Assembly (NCBI GenBank): GCA_964016885.1
Contig: OZ024740.1
Location: 7,626,001 to 7,690,000 of the forward strand
Direction of reading: 5' to 3'
Length of the DNA: 64,000 nt
From: Eledone cirrhosa
Taxonomy: Eukaryota
Below the pieces are notes generated by a model. The model saw only the letters and a list, made by a program, of their open reading frames with translations. It ran no database searches and had not been told where the DNA came from. This document shows positions 1 through 16,200 of the stretch, piece by piece. The translations under genes were made by a program, and so were the position numbers. Position 1 is the first letter of the stretch; every line of letters starts with the position of its first letter.

Positions 1-1244
1 CAGTTTGGATTGGTATGTCAATTTCAATTGGTATATCAGTTTCGATTAGTATGTCAGTTTCTATTGGTATATCAGTTTCGATTGGTATATCTGTTTCGAT
101 TGGTATGTCAGTTTCGATTTGTATACCAGTTTCGATTGGTATGTCAGTTTCGATTAGTATATCAGTTTCTATTGGTATGTCAGTTTCGATTGGTATGTCA
201 GTTTAGATTGCTATATCAGTTTCTATTGGTATGACAGTTTCGATTGGTATATCAGTTTCGATTGGTATGTCAGTTTCGATGGGTATGTCAGTTTCGATTG
301 ATATGTCAGTTTCGATTGGTATATCAGTTTCGATTGGTATATCAGTTTCGATTGATATGTCAGTTTCGATTGGTATATCAGTTTCGATCGGTATCTCAGT
401 TTTGATTAGAATATTAGTTTCTATTGGTATGTCGGTATCTATTGGTATATCTGTTTCGATTGGTATGTCAGTTTGGATTAGTATATCAATTTCTATAGGT
501 ATGTCAGTTTCTATTAGTATATCAGTTTCGATTGGTATATCAGTTTCGATTGGTATGACAGTTTAGATTGATATATCAGTTTCGATTAGTATGTCAGTTT
601 CTATTGGTATATCAGTTTCGATTGTTATATCAGTTTCGATTGGTATATCAGTTTCTATCGGTATGTCAGTTTCGATTGGTATGTCAGTTTCGATTGGTAT
701 GTCAATTTCAATTAGTATATCAGTTTCTATTGGTATGTTAGTTTGTATTGGTATATCAGTTTCGATAGGTATATCAGTTTCGTTTGGTATGTCAGTTTCG
801 ATTGGTATATCAGTTTCAATTGCTATATCTGTTTCTATTGGTATGTCAGTTTCGATTGGTACGTCAGTTTCTATTGGTATGTCAGTTTCGATTGGTATGT
901 CAGTTTCGATTGGTATATCAGTTCGATTGATATGACAGTGTCGATTGGTATATCAGTTTTGATTAGTATGTCAGTTTCTATTGGTATGTCAGTTTCGATT
1001 AATATAACAGTTTAGATTGGTATATCAGTTTCTATTGGTATGACAGTTTCGATTAGTATATCAGTTTCGATTGGTATATCAGTTTCGATTGGTATATCAG
1101 TTTCTATTGGTATATCAGTTTCTATTGGTATGACAGTTTCGATTGGTATATCAGTTTTGATTGGTATGTCAGTTGCGATTGATATATCAGTTTCGATTAG
1201 TATGTCAGTTTCGATTGGTATATCAGCTTCGATTGGTATGTCAA

Positions 1245-4200
1245 TTTCAATTGGTATATCAGTTTCGATTAGTATATCAGTTTCTATTGGACTGTCAGTT
1301 TCTATTGATATATCAGTTTCGTTTGGTATATCAGTTTCTATTGGTATGTCAGTTTCGATTGGTATGTCAGTTTCTATTGGTATATCAGTTGCGATTGATA
1401 TATCAGTTTCGATTAGTATGTCAGTTTCTAATGGTATGTCAGTTTTGATTAGTATATCAGTTTCTATTGGTATGTCAGTTTCGATTGGTATGTCAGTCTC
1501 TATTGGTATATCAGTTTCGATTGGTATATCAGTTTTGATTGGTATATCAGTTTCGATTGGTATGTCAGTTTCTATTGGTATATCAGTTTCTATTGGTATG
1601 TCAGTTTCGATTGGTACGTCAGTTTGGATTGGTATGTCAATTTCAATTGGTATATCAGTTTCGATTAGTATGTCAGTTTCTATTGGTATATCAGTTTCGA
1701 TTGGTATATCTGTTTCGATTGGTATGTCAGTTTCGATCTGTATACCAGTTTCGATTGGTATGTCAGTTTCGATTAGTATATCAGTTTCTATTGGTATGTC
1801 AGTTTCGATTGGTATGTCAGTTTAGATTGCTATATCAGTTTCTATTGGTATGACAGTTTCGATTGGTATATCAGTTTCGATTGGTATGTCAGTTTCGATC
1901 GGTATGTCAGTTTCGATTGATATGTCAGTTTCGATTGGTATATCAGTTTCGATTGGTATATCAGTTTCGATTGATATGTCAGTTTCGATTGGTATATCAG
2001 TTTCGATTGGTATCTCAGTTTTGATTAGTATATTAGTTTCTATTGGTATGTCGGTATCTATTGGTATATCAGTTTCGATTGTTATATCAGTTTCGATTAG
2101 TATGTCAGTTTCTATTGGTATGTCAGTTTCGATTAGTATGTCAATTTCGATTGGTATATCAGTTTCGATTGGTATATCAGTTTCTATTGGTACATCAGTT
2201 TCTATTGGTATGTCAGTTTTGATTGGTATAGCAGTTTCTATTGGTATGTCAGTTTCGATTGGTATGTCAGTTTCTATTGTTATATCAGTTTCGATTGGTA
2301 TGTCAGTTTCTATTGGTATGTCAGTTTTGATTATTATATCAGTTACTATTGGTATGTCAGTTTTGATTGGTATGTCAGTTTCTATTGGTATATCTGTTTC
2401 GATTGGTATGTCAGTTTCGATTAGTATATCAGTTTCTATAGGTATGTCAGTTTCTATTAGTATATCAGTTTTGATTGGTATATCAGTTTCGGTTGGTATG
2501 TCAGTTTCGATTGGTATATCAGTTTCTATTGGTATATCAGTTTAGATTGATATATCAGTTTCGATTGGTATGTCAGTTTCTATTGGTATATCAGTTACTA
2601 TTGGTATGTCTGTTTCGATTGGTATGTCAGTTTCGATTGGTATGTCAATTTCCATTGGTATATCAGTTTCGATTAGTATGTCAGTTACTATTGGTATATC
2701 AGTTTCGATTGGTATATCTTTTTCGATTGGTATGTCAATTTCTATTGTTATATCAGATTCGATTAGTATGTCAGTTTCGATTGGTATATCAGTTTCTATT
2801 GCTATGTCAGTTTCGATTGGTATATCAGTTTCTATTGGTATATCAGTTTCTATTGGTATGTCAGTTTTTATTGGTATATCAGTTTCTATTGGTATGTCAG
2901 TTTCGATTGTTATGTCAGTTTCTATTGGTATATCTGTTTCGATTGGTATGTCAGTTTTGATTAGTATATCAGTTTCTATAGGTATGTCAATTTCTATTGG
3001 TATATCAGTTTTATTTGGTATATCAGTTTAGATTGGTATGTCAGTTTCGATTGGTATGTCAGTTTCTATTGGTATGTCAGTTTCGATTAGTATATCAGTT
3101 TCTATTGGTTTGTCAGTTTCGATTGGTATATCAGTTTCTATTGGCATGACAGTTTCGATTATTATATCAGTTACTATTGGTATGTCAGATTTGATTGTTA
3201 TGTCAGTTTCTATTGGTATATCTGTTTCGATTGGTATGTCAGTTTCGATGAGTATATCAGCTTCTATAGATATGTCAGTTTCTATTAGTATATCAGTTTC
3301 GATTGGTATATCAGTTTCGATTGGTATATCAGTTTTGATTGGTATATCAGTTTCTATTGGTATGACAGTTTAGATTGGTATATCAGTTTCGATTGGTATG
3401 TCAGTTTGGATAGGTATGTCAGTTTCGATTGGTATGTCAGTTTCGATTGGTATGTCAATTTCGATTGGTATATCAGTTTCGATTGGTATATCAGTTTCGA
3501 TTGGTATGTCAGTTTGGATAGGTATGTCAGTTTTGATTGGTATGTCAGTTTCGATTGGTAAGTCAGTTTCGATTGGTATGTCAATTTCGATTGGTATATC
3601 AGTTTCGATTGGTATGTCAGTCTCGATTGGTATATCAGTTTCGATTGGTATCTCAGTTTTGATTAGTATATTAGTTTCTATTGGTATGTCGGTTTCTATT
3701 GGTATATCAGTTTCGATTGGTATATCAGTTTCGATTAGTATGTCAGTTTCTATCGGTATATCAGTTTCGATTAGTATATCAGTTTCTATTGATATGTCAG
3801 TTTCGATTGTTATGTCAGATGCTATTAGTATATCAGTTTCGATTGGTATATCAGTTTCTATTGGTATGTCAGTTTTGATTGGTATAGCAGTTTCTATTTG
3901 TATGTCAGTTTCGATTGGTATGTCAGTTTCAATTGGTATATCAGTTTCGATTGGTATGTCAGTTTCTACTGGTATGTCAGTTTCGATTATTATATCAGTT
4001 ACTATTGGTATGTCAGATTTGATTGGTATGTCAGTTTCTATTGGTATATCTGTTTCGATTGGTATGTCAGTTTCGATGAGTATATCAGCTTCTATAGATA
4101 TGTCAGTTTCTATTAGTATATCAGTTTCGATTGGGATATCAGTTTTGATTGGTATGACAGTTTCGATTGGTATATCAGTTTCTATTGGTATGTCAGTTTT

Positions 4201-7200
4201 GATTGGTATGTCAGTTTCTATTGGTATATCTGTTTCGATTGGTATGTCAGTTTCGATGAGTATATCAGTTTCTATACGTATATCAGTTTCTATTGGTATA
4301 TCTGTTTCGATTGGTATGTCAGTTTCGATTAGTATATCAGTTTCTATAGGTATGTCAGTTTCTATTAGTATATCAGTTTCGATTGGTATGTCAGTTTCGA
4401 TTAGTATATCAGTTTCTATTGGTATGTGAGTTTCTATTGGTATATCAGTTTCGATTGGTATATCAGTTTCGATTAGTATGTCAGTTTCTATTGGTATGTC
4501 AGTTTCGATTATTATAACAGTTTAGATTGGTATATCAGTTTCTATTGGTATGACAGTTTCGATTGGTATTTCAGTCTCGATTGGTATATCAGTTTCAATT
4601 GGTATATCAGTTTCTATTGGTATATCAGTTTCTATTCGTATGACAGTTTCGATTGGTATATCAGTTTCGATTGGTATGTCAGTTTGGATAGGTATGTCAG
4701 TTTCGATTTGTATGTCAGTTTCGATTGGTATGTCAATTTCGATTGGTATATCAGTTTCGATTGGTATATCAGTTTCGATTGGTATGTCAGTTTGGATAGG
4801 TATGTCAGTTTCGATTGGTATGTCAGTTTCGATTGGTAACTCAGTTTCGATTGGAATGTCAATTTCGATTGGTATATCAGTTTCGATTGGTATGTCAGTT
4901 TCGATTGGTATATCAGTTTCGATTGGTATCTCAGTTTTGATTAGTATATTAATTTCTATTGGTATGTCGGTTTCTATTGGTATGTCAGTTTTGATTGGTA
5001 TATCAGTTTCGATTGGTATCTCAGTTTTGATTAGTATATTAGTTTCTATTGGTATGTCGGTTTCTATTGGTATGTCAGTTTCGATTGGTATGTCAGCTTC
5101 TATTAGTATATCAGTTTCGATTGGTATATCAGTTTCTATTGGAATGTCAGTTTTGATTGGTATAGCAGTTTCTATTGGTATGTCAGTTTCGATTGGTATG
5201 TCAGTTTCTATTGGTATATCGGTTTCGATTGGTATGTCACTTTCTATTGGTATATCTGTTTCGATTGGTATGTCAGTTTCGATGAGTATATCAGCTTCTA
5301 TAGGTATGTCAGTTTCTATCAGTATATCAGTTTCGATTGGGATATCAGTTTTGATTGGTATGTCAGTTTCGATTGGTATATCAGTTTCTATAGTTATGTC
5401 AGTTTTGATTGGTATGTCAGTTTCTATTGGTATATCTGTTTCGATTGGTATGTCAGTTTCGATGAGCATATCAGTTTCTATAGGTATATCAGTTTTGATT
5501 AGTATATCAGTTTAGATTGGTATATCAGTTTCTATTGGTATGACAGTTTCGATTGGTATATCAGTTTCGATTGGTATATCAGTTTCGATTGGTATATGAG
5601 TTTCGATTGGTATATCAGTTTCTATTGGTATATCAGTTTCTATTGGTATGACAGTTTCGATTGGTATATCAGTTTCGATTGGTATGTCAGTTTGGATAGG
5701 TATGTCAGTTTCGATTGGTATGTCAGTTTCAATTGGTATATCAGTTTCTATTGGTATGACTGTTTTGATTGGTATAGCAGTTTCTATTGGTATGTCAGTT
5801 TCGATTGGTATGTCAGTTTCTATTGGTATATCAGTTTTGATTGTTATATCAGTTTCTATTGTTACATCCGTTCCGATTGGTATATCAGTTTTGATTGGTA
5901 TATCAGTTTCGATTAGTATGTCAGTTTCTATTGATATGTCAGTTTCGATTGGTATGTCAGATTCTTTTAGTATATCAGTTTCGATTGGTATATCAGTTTC
6001 GATTGGTATGTCAGTTTCGATTGGTATATCAGTTTCTATTGGTATGTCAGTTTTGATTGGTATAGCAGTTTCTATTGGTATGTCAGTTTCGATTGGTATG
6101 TCAGTTTCTATTGGTATATCAGTTTCGATTTGTATGTCAGTTTCTATTGGTATGTCAGTTTCGATTATTATATCAGTTTCTATTGGTATATCTGTTTCGA
6201 TTGGTATGTCAGTTTGGATTAGTATATCAATTTCTATAGGTATGTCAGTTTCTATTAGTATATCTGTTTAGATTGGTATGTTAGTTTGTATTGGTATATC
6301 TGTTTCGATAGGTATATCAGTTTCGTTTGGTATGTCAGTTTCGATTGGTATATCAGTTTCAATTGCTATATCTGTTTCTATTGGTATGTCAGTTTCGATT
6401 GGTATGTCAGTTTCTATTGTTATCTCAGTTTCGATTTGTATGTCAGTTTCGATTGGTATATCAGTTTCGATTGGTATGTCAGTTTCGATTGGTATAACAG
6501 TTTCTATTGGTATGTCAGTTTCGATTATTATATCAGTTACTATTGGTATGTCAGTTTGGATTGGTATGTCAGTTTCGACTGGTATGTCAATTTCGATTGG
6601 TATATCAGTTTTGATTAGTATCTCAGCTTCTATTGGTATATTAGTTTCGATTGGTATATCAGTTTCGATTGGTATATGAGTATCGATTGGTATGTCATTT
6701 TCGATTAGTATATCAGTTTCTATTGGTATGTCAGTTTCGATTGGTATATCAGATTCTATTGGTATATCAGTTTCGATTGGTATATCAGTGTCGATTGGTA
6801 TATCAGTTTCGATTGGTATATCAGTTTCTATTGGTATATCAATTTCTATTGGTATGTCAGTTTTGATTGGTATATCAGTTTCGATTAGAATGTCAGTTTC
6901 GATTGGTATGTCAGTTTCGATTGGTATATCAGTTTTGATAGGTATATCCGTTTCGATTGGTATGTCAGTTTTGATTGGTATATCAGTTTCTATTGCTATA
7001 TCAGTTTCTGTTGGTATGTCAGTTTCGATTGGTATGTCAGTTTCTATTGGTATATCAGTTTCTATTGGTATGTCAGTTTCGATAGGTATGTCTGTTTTTA
7101 TTGGTATATCAGTTTCGATTGGTATGTCAGTTTCTACTGGTATGTCAGTTTCGATTGGTATTTCAGTTGCTATTGGTATATCAGTTTCCATTGGTAGGTC

Positions 7201-10200
7201 AGTTTCTATTGGTATGTCAGTTTCTATTGGTATGTCAGTTTCGATTAGCATGTCAATTTCTATTCGTATGTCAGTTTCTATTGGTATGTATGTTTCTATT
7301 ATTATATCAGTTTTGATTGGTATATCAGTTTCGATTGGTATGTCAGTTTCTATTGGTATATCAGTTTTGATTGGTATATCAGTTTCAATTAGTATGTCAG
7401 TATCTATTTGCATATCAGTTTCGATTGGTATATCAGTTTCGATTAGTATGTCAATTTCTATTGGTATGTCAGTTTCTATTCATATATCAGTTTTGATTGG
7501 TATATCAGTTTCAATTAGTATGTCAGTTTCTATTGGTATATCAGTTTCAATTGTTATGTCAGTTGCTATTGGTATATCAATTTCGATTGGTATGTCAGTT
7601 TCTATTGGTATGTCAGTTTCGATTTGTATATCAGTTTCGATTGGTATATCAGTTTCAATTGGTATATCAGTTTCGATTGGTATATCAGTTTCTATTGGTA
7701 TGTCAGTTTCGATTAGCATGTCAATTTCTATTGGTATATCAGTTTTGATCGGTATATCAGTTTCAATTAGTATGTCAGTTTCTATTGGTATATCAGTTTC
7801 GATTGGTATATTAGTTTCGATTAGTATGTCAATTTCTAATGGTATGTCAGTTTCTATTGCTATATCAGTTTCTGTTGGTATGTCAGTTTCGATTGGTATG
7901 TCAGTTTCTATTGGTATATCAGTTTCAATTGGTATATCAGTTTCTATTGGTATATCAGTTTCTATTGGTATATCAGTTTCGATTAGAATGTCAGTTTCGA
8001 GTGGTATGTCAGTTTTGATTGGTATATCAGTTTCTATTGCTATATCAGTTTCTGTTGGTAAGTCAGTTTGGATTCATATGTCAGTTTCGATTAGTATATC
8101 AGTTTCTGTAGGTATGTCAGTTTCTATTCGTATATCAGTTTTGATTGGTATATCAGTTTCTATTGGTATGTCAGTTTCGATTGGTATTTCAGTTGCTATT
8201 GGTATATCAGTTTCCATTGGTAGGTCAGTTTCTATTGGTATGTCAGTCTCTATTGGTATACTAGTTTCGATTGGTATGTCAGTTTCGATTAGTATGTCAA
8301 TTTCTATTGGTAAGTCAGTTTCGATTGGTATGTCAATTCCGATTGGTATATCAGTTTCGATTGGTATGTCAGTTTCGATTGGTATATCAGTTTCGATTGG
8401 TATCTCAGTTTTGATTAGTATATTAGTTTCTATTGGTATGTTGGTTTCTATTGGTATATCAGTTTCGATTGGTATATCAGTTTCGATTAGTATGTCAGTT
8501 TCTATTGGTATGTCAGTCTCAATTAGTATATCAGTTTCTATTGGTATGTCAGTTTCGATTGGTATGTCAGATTCTATTAGTATATCAGTTTCGATTGGTA
8601 TATCAGTTTCGATTGGTATGTCAGTTTCGATTAGTATATCAGTTTCAATTGGTATGTCAGTTTCGATTGGTATAGCAGTTTCTATTGGTATGTCAGTTTC
8701 GATTGGTATGTCAGTTTCTATTGGTATATCAGTTTCGATTGGTATGTCAGTTTCTATTGTTATGTCAGTTTCGATTATTATATCAGTTACTATTTGTATA
8801 TCTGTTTCGATTGGTATGTCAGTTTCGATGAGTATATCAGTTTCTATAGGTATGTCAGTTTCTATTAGTATATCAGTTTCGATTGGTATATCAGTTTAGA
8901 TTGGTGTGTCAGTTTCGATTGGTATATCAGTTTCTATTGGTATGTCAGTTTTGATTGGTATGTCAGTTTCTATTGGTATATCTGTTTCGATTGGTATGTC
9001 AGTTTCGATGAGTATATCAGTTTCTATAGGTATATCAGTTTCTATTGGTATATCAGTTTCGATTGTTATATCAGTTTCGATTGGTATATCAGTTTCGATT
9101 GGCATTTCAGTTTCTATTGGTATATCAGTTTCTATTGGTATGTCAGTTTCAATTGGTATATCAGTTTCGATTAGTATATCAGTTTCTATTGGACTGTCAG
9201 TTTCTATTGATATATCAGTTTCGTTTGGTATATCAGTTTCTATTGGTATGTCAGTTTCGATTGGTATGTCAGTTTCTATTGGTATATCAGTTGCGATTGA
9301 TATATCAGTTTCGATTAGTATGTCAGTTTCTAATGGTATGTCAGTTTTGATTAGTATATCAGTTTCTATTGGTATGTCAGTTTCGATTGGTATGTCAGTC
9401 TCTATTGGTATATCAGTTTCGATTGGTATATCAGTTTTGATTGGTATATCAGTTTCGATTGGTATGTCAGTTTCTATTGGTATATCAGTTTCTATTGGTA
9501 TGTCAGTTTCGATTGGTACGTCAGTTTGGATTGGTATGTCAATTTCAATTGGTATATCAGTTTCGATTAGTATGTCAGTTTCTATTGGTATATCAGTTTC
9601 GATTGGTATATCTGTTTCGATTGGTATGTCAGTTTCGATCTGTATACCAGTTTCGATTGGTATGTCAGTTTCGATTAGTATATCAGTTTCTATTGGTATG
9701 TCAGTTTCGATTGGTATGTCAGTTTAGATTGCTATATCAGTTTCTATTGGTATGACAGTTTCGATTGGTATATCAGTTTCGATTGGTATGTCAGTTTCGA
9801 TCGGTATGTCAGTTTCGATTGATATGTCAGTTTCGATTGGTATATCAGTTTCGATTGGTATATCAGTTTCGATTGATATGTCAGTTTCGATTGGTATATC
9901 AGTTTCGATTGGTATCTCAGTTTTGATTAGTATATTAGTTTCTATTGGTATGTCGGTATCTATTGGTATATCAGTTTCGATTGTTATATCAGTTTCGATT
10001 AGTATGTCAGTTTCTATTGGTATGTCAGTTTCGATTAGTATGTCAATTTCGATTGGTATATCAGTTTCGATTGGTATATCAGTTTCTATTGGTACATCAG
10101 TTTCTATTGGTATGTCAGTTTTGATTGGTATAGCAGTTTCTATTGGTATGTCAGTTTCGATTGGTATGTCAGTTTCTATTGTTATATCAGTTTCGATTGG

Positions 10201-13200
10201 TATGTCAGTTTCTATTGGTATGTCAGTTTTGATTATTATATCAGTTACTATTGGTATGTCAGTTTTGATTGGTATGTCAGTTTCTATTGGTATATCTGTT
10301 TCGATTGGTATGTCAGTTTCGATTAGTATATCAGTTTCTATAGGTATGTCAGTTTCTATTAGTATATCAGTTTTGATTGGTATATCAGTTTCGGTTGGTA
10401 TGTCAGTTTCGATTGGTATATCAGTTTCTATTGGTATATCAGTTTAGATTGATATATCAGTTTCGATTGGTATGTCAGTTTCTATTGGTATATCAGTTAC
10501 TATTGGTATGTCTGTTTCGATTGGTATGTCAGTTTCGATTGGTATGTCAATTTCCATTGGTATATCAGTTTCGATTAGTATGTCAGTTACTATTGGTATA
10601 TCAGTTTCGATTGGTATATCTTTTTCGATTGGTATGTCAATTTCTATTGTTATATCAGATTCGATTAGTATGTCAGTTTCGATTGGTATATCAGTTTCTA
10701 TTGCTATGTCAGTTTCGATTGGTATATCAGTTTCTATTGGTATATCAGTTTCTATTGGTATGTCAGTTTTTATTGGTATATCAGTTTCTATTGGTATGTC
10801 AGTTTCGATTGTTATGTCAGTTTCTATTGGTATATCTGTTTCGATTGGTATGTCAGTTTTGATTAGTATATCAGTTTCTATAGGTATGTCAATTTCTATT
10901 GGTATATCAGTTTTATTTGGTATATCAGTTTAGATTGGTATGTCAGTTTCGATTGGTATGTCAGTTTCTATTGGTATGTCAGTTTCGATTAGTATATCAG
11001 TTTCTATTGGTTTGTCAGTTTCGATTGGTATATCAGTTTCTATTGGCATGACAGTTTCGATTATTATATCAGTTACTATTGGTATGTCAGATTTGATTGT
11101 TATGTCAGTTTCTATTGGTATATCTGTTTCGATTGGTATGTCAGTTTCGATGAGTATATCAGCTTCTATAGATATGTCAGTTTCTATTAGTATATCAGTT
11201 TCGATTGGTATATCAGTTTCGATTGGTATATCAGTTTTGATTGGTATATCAGTTTCTATTGGTATGACAGTTTAGATTGGTATATCAGTTTCGATTGGTA
11301 TGTCAGTTTGGATAGGTATGTCAGTTTCGATTGGTATGTCAGTTTCGATTGGTATGTCAATTTCGATTGGTATATCAGTTTCGATTGGTATATCAGTTTC
11401 GATTGGTATGTCAGTTTGGATAGGTATGTCAGTTTTGATTGGTATGTCAGTTTCGATTGGTAAGTCAGTTTCGATTGGTATGTCAATTTCGATTGGTATA
11501 TCAGTTTCGATTGGTATGTCAGTCTCGATTGGTATATCAGTTTCGATTGGTATCTCAGTTTTGATTAGTATATTAGTTTCTATTGGTATGTCGGTTTCTA
11601 TTGGTATATCAGTTTCGATTGGTATATCAGTTTCGATTAGTATGTCAGTTTCTATCGGTATATCAGTTTCGATTAGTATATCAGTTTCTATTGATATGTC
11701 AGTTTCGATTGTTATGTCAGATGCTATTAGTATATCAGTTTCGATTGGTATATCAGTTTCTATTGGTATGTCAGTTTTGATTGGTATAGCAGTTTCTATT
11801 TGTATGTCAGTTTCGATTGGTATGTCAGTTTCAATTGGTATATCAGTTTCGATTGGTATGTCAGTTTCTACTGGTATGTCAGTTTCGATTATTATATCAG
11901 TTACTATTGGTATGTCAGATTTGATTGGTATGTCAGTTTCTATTGGTATATCTGTTTCGATTGGTATGTCAGTTTCGATGAGTATATCAGCTTCTATAGA
12001 TATGTCAGTTTCTATTAGTATATCAGTTTCGATTGGGATATCAGTTTTGATTGGTATGACAGTTTCGATTGGTATATCAGTTTCTATTGGTATGTCAGTT
12101 TTGATTGGTATGTCAGTTTCTATTGGTATATCTGTTTCGATTGGTATGTCAGTTTCGATGAGTATATCAGTTTCTATACGTATATCAGTTTCTATTGGTA
12201 TATCTGTTTCGATTGGTATGTCAGTTTCGATTAGTATATCAGTTTCTATAGGTATGTCAGTTTCTATTAGTATATCAGTTTCGATTGGTATGTCAGTTTC
12301 GATTAGTATATCAGTTTCTATTGGTATGTGAGTTTCTATTGGTATATCAGTTTCGATTGGTATATCAGTTTCGATTAGTATGTCAGTTTCTATTGGTATG
12401 TCAGTTTCGATTATTATAACAGTTTAGATTGGTATATCAGTTTCTATTGGTATGACAGTTTCGATTGGTATTTCAGTCTCGATTGGTATATCAGTTTCAA
12501 TTGGTATATCAGTTTCTATTGGTATATCAGTTTCTATTCGTATGACAGTTTCGATTGGTATATCAGTTTCGATTGGTATGTCAGTTTGGATAGGTATGTC
12601 AGTTTCGATTTGTATGTCAGTTTCGATTGGTATGTCAATTTCGATTGGTATATCAGTTTCGATTGGTATATCAGTTTCGATTGGTATGTCAGTTTGGATA
12701 GGTATGTCAGTTTCGATTGGTATGTCAGTTTCGATTGGTAACTCAGTTTCGATTGGAATGTCAATTTCGATTGGTATATCAGTTTCGATTGGTATGTCAG
12801 TTTCGATTGGTATATCAGTTTCGATTGGTATCTCAGTTTTGATTAGTATATTAATTTCTATTGGTATGTCGGTTTCTATTGGTATGTCAGTTTTGATTGG
12901 TATATCAGTTTCGATTGGTATCTCAGTTTTGATTAGTATATTAGTTTCTATTGGTATGTCGGTTTCTATTGGTATGTCAGTTTCGATTGGTATGTCAGCT
13001 TCTATTAGTATATCAGTTTCGATTGGTATATCAGTTTCTATTGGAATGTCAGTTTTGATTGGTATAGCAGTTTCTATTGGTATGTCAGTTTCGATTGGTA
13101 TGTCAGTTTCTATTGGTATATCGGTTTCGATTGGTATGTCACTTTCTATTGGTATATCTGTTTCGATTGGTATGTCAGTTTCGATGAGTATATCAGCTTC

Positions 13201-16200
13201 TATAGGTATGTCAGTTTCTATTAGTATATCAGTTTCGATTGGGATATCAGTTTTGATTGGTATGTCAGTTTCGATTGGTATATCAGTTTCTATAGTTATG
13301 TCAGTTTTGATTGGTATGTCAGTTTCTATTGGTATATCTGTTTCGATTGGTATGTCAGTTTCGATGAGCATATCAGTTTCTATAGGTATATCAGTTTTGA
13401 TTAGTATATCAGTTTAGATTGGTATATCAGTTTCTATTGGTATGACAGTTTCGATTGGTATATCAGTTTCGATTGGTATATCAGTTTCGATTGGTATATG
13501 AGTTTCGATTGGTATATCAGTTTCTATTGGTATATCAGTTTCTATTGGTATGACAGTTTCGATTGGTATATCAGTTTCGATTGGTATGTCAGTTTGGATA
13601 GGTATGTCAGTTTCGATTGGTATGTCAGTTTCAATTGGTATATCAGTTTCTATTGGTATGACTGTTTTGATTGGTATAGCAGTTTCTATTGGTATGTCAG
13701 TTTCGATTGGTATGTCAGTTTCTATTGGTATATCAGTTTTGATTGTTATATCAGTTTCTATTGTTACATCCGTTCCGATTGGTATATCAGTTTTGATTGG
13801 TATATCAGTTTCGATTAGTATGTCAGTTTCTATTGATATGTCAGTTTCGATTGGTATGTCAGATTCTTTTAGTATATCAGTTTCGATTGGTATATCAGTT
13901 TCGATTGGTATGTCAGTTTCGATTGGTATATCAGTTTCTATTGGTATGTCAGTTTTGATTGGTATAGCAGTTTCTATTGGTATGTCAGTTTCGATTGGTA
14001 TGTCAGTTTCTATTGGTATATCAGTTTCGATTTGTATGTCAGTTTCTATTGGTATGTCAGTTTCGATTATTATATCAGTTTCTATTGGTATATCTGTTTC
14101 GATTGGTGTGTCAGTTTGGATTAGTATATCAATTTCTATAGGTATGTCAGTTTCTATTAGTATATCTGTTTAGATTGGTATGTTAGTTTGTATTGGTATA
14201 TCTGTTTCGATAGGTATATCAGTTTCGTTTGGTATGTCAGTTTCGATTGGTATATCAGTTTCAATTGCTATATCTGTTTCTATTGGTATGTCAGTTTCGA
14301 TTGGTATGTCAGTTTCTATTGTTATCTCAGTTTCGATTTGTATGTCAGTTTCGATTGGTATATCAGTTTCGATTGGTATGTCAGTTTCGATTGGTATAAC
14401 AGTTTCTATTGGTATGTCAGTTTCGATTATTATATCAGTTACTATTGGTATGTCAGTTTGGATTGGTATGTCAGTTTCGACTGGTATGTCAATTTCGATT
14501 GGTATATCAGTTTTGATTAGTATCTCAGCTTCTATTGGTATATTAGTTTCGATTGGTATATCAGTTTCGATTGGTATATGAGTATCGATTGGTATGTCAT
14601 TTTCGATTAGTATATCAGTTTCTATTGGTATGTCAGTTTCGATTGGTATATCAGATTCTATTGGTATATCAGTTTCGATTGGTATATCAGTGTCGATTGG
14701 TATATCAGTTTCGATTGGTATATCAGTTTCTATTGGTATATCAATTTCTATTGGTATGTCAGTTTTGATTGGTATATCAGTTTCGATTAGAATGTCAGTT
14801 TCGATTGGTATGTCAGTTTCGATTGGTATATCAGTTTTGATAGGTATATCCGTTTCGATTGGTATGTCAGTTTTGATTGGTATATCAGTTTCTATTGCTA
14901 TATCAGTTTCTGTTGGTATGTCAGTTTCGATTGGTATGTCAGTTTCTATTGGTATATCAGTTTCTATTGGTATGTCAGTTTCGATAGGTATGTCTGTTTT
15001 TATTGGTATATCAGTTTCGATTGGTATGTCAGTTTCTACTGGTATGTCAGTTTCGATTGGTATTTCAGTTGCTATTGGTATATCAGTTTCCATTGGTAGG
15101 TCAGTTTCTATTGGTATGTCAGTTTCTATTGGTATGTCAGTTTCGATTAGCATGTCAATTTCTATTCGTATGTCAGTTTCTATTGGTATGTATGTTTCTA
15201 TTATTATATCAGTTTTGATTGGTATATCAGTTTCGATTGGTATGTCAGTTTCTATTGGTATATCAGTTTTGATTGGTATATCAGTTTCAATTAGTATGTC
15301 AGTATCTATTTGCATATCAGTTTCGATTGGTATATCAGTTTCGATTAGTATGTCAATTTCTATTGGTATGTCAGTTTCTATTGGTATATCAGTTTTGATT
15401 GGTATATCAGTTTCAATTAGTATGTCAGTTTCTATTGGTATATCAGTTTCAATTGTTATGTCAGTTGCTATTGGTATATCAATTTCGATTGGTATGTCAG
15501 TTTCTATTGGTATGTCAGTTTCGATTTGTATATCAGTTTCAATTGGTATATCAGTTTCGATTGGTATATCAGTTTCTATTGGTATGTCAGTTTCGATTAG
15601 CATGTCAATTTCTATTGGTATATCAGTTTTGATCGGTATATCAGTTTCAATTAGTATGTCAGTTTCTATTGGTATATCAGTTTCGATTGGTATATTAGTT
15701 TCGATTAGTATGTCAATTTCTAATGGTATGTCAGTTTCTATTGCTATATCAGTTTCTGTTGGTATGTCAGTTTCGATTGGTATGTCAGTTTCTATTGGTA
15801 TATCAGTTTCAATTGGTATATCAGTTTCTATTGGTATATCAGTTTCTATTGGTATATCAGTTTCGATTAGAATGTCAGTTTCGAGTGGTATGTCAGTTTT
15901 GATTGGTATATCAGTTTCTATTGCTATATCAGTTTCTGTTGGTAAGTCAGTTTGGATTCATATGTCAGTTTCGATTAGTATATCAGTTTCTGTAGGTATG
16001 TCAGTTTCTATTCGTATATCAGTTTTGATTGGTATATCAGTTTCTATTGGTATGTCAGTTTCGATTGGTATTTCAGTTGCTATTGGTATATCAGTTTCCA
16101 TTGGTAGGTCAGTTTCTATTGGTATGTCAGTCTCTATTGGTATACTAGTTTCGATTGGTATGTCAGTTTCGATTAGTATGTCAATTTCTATTGGTAAGTC

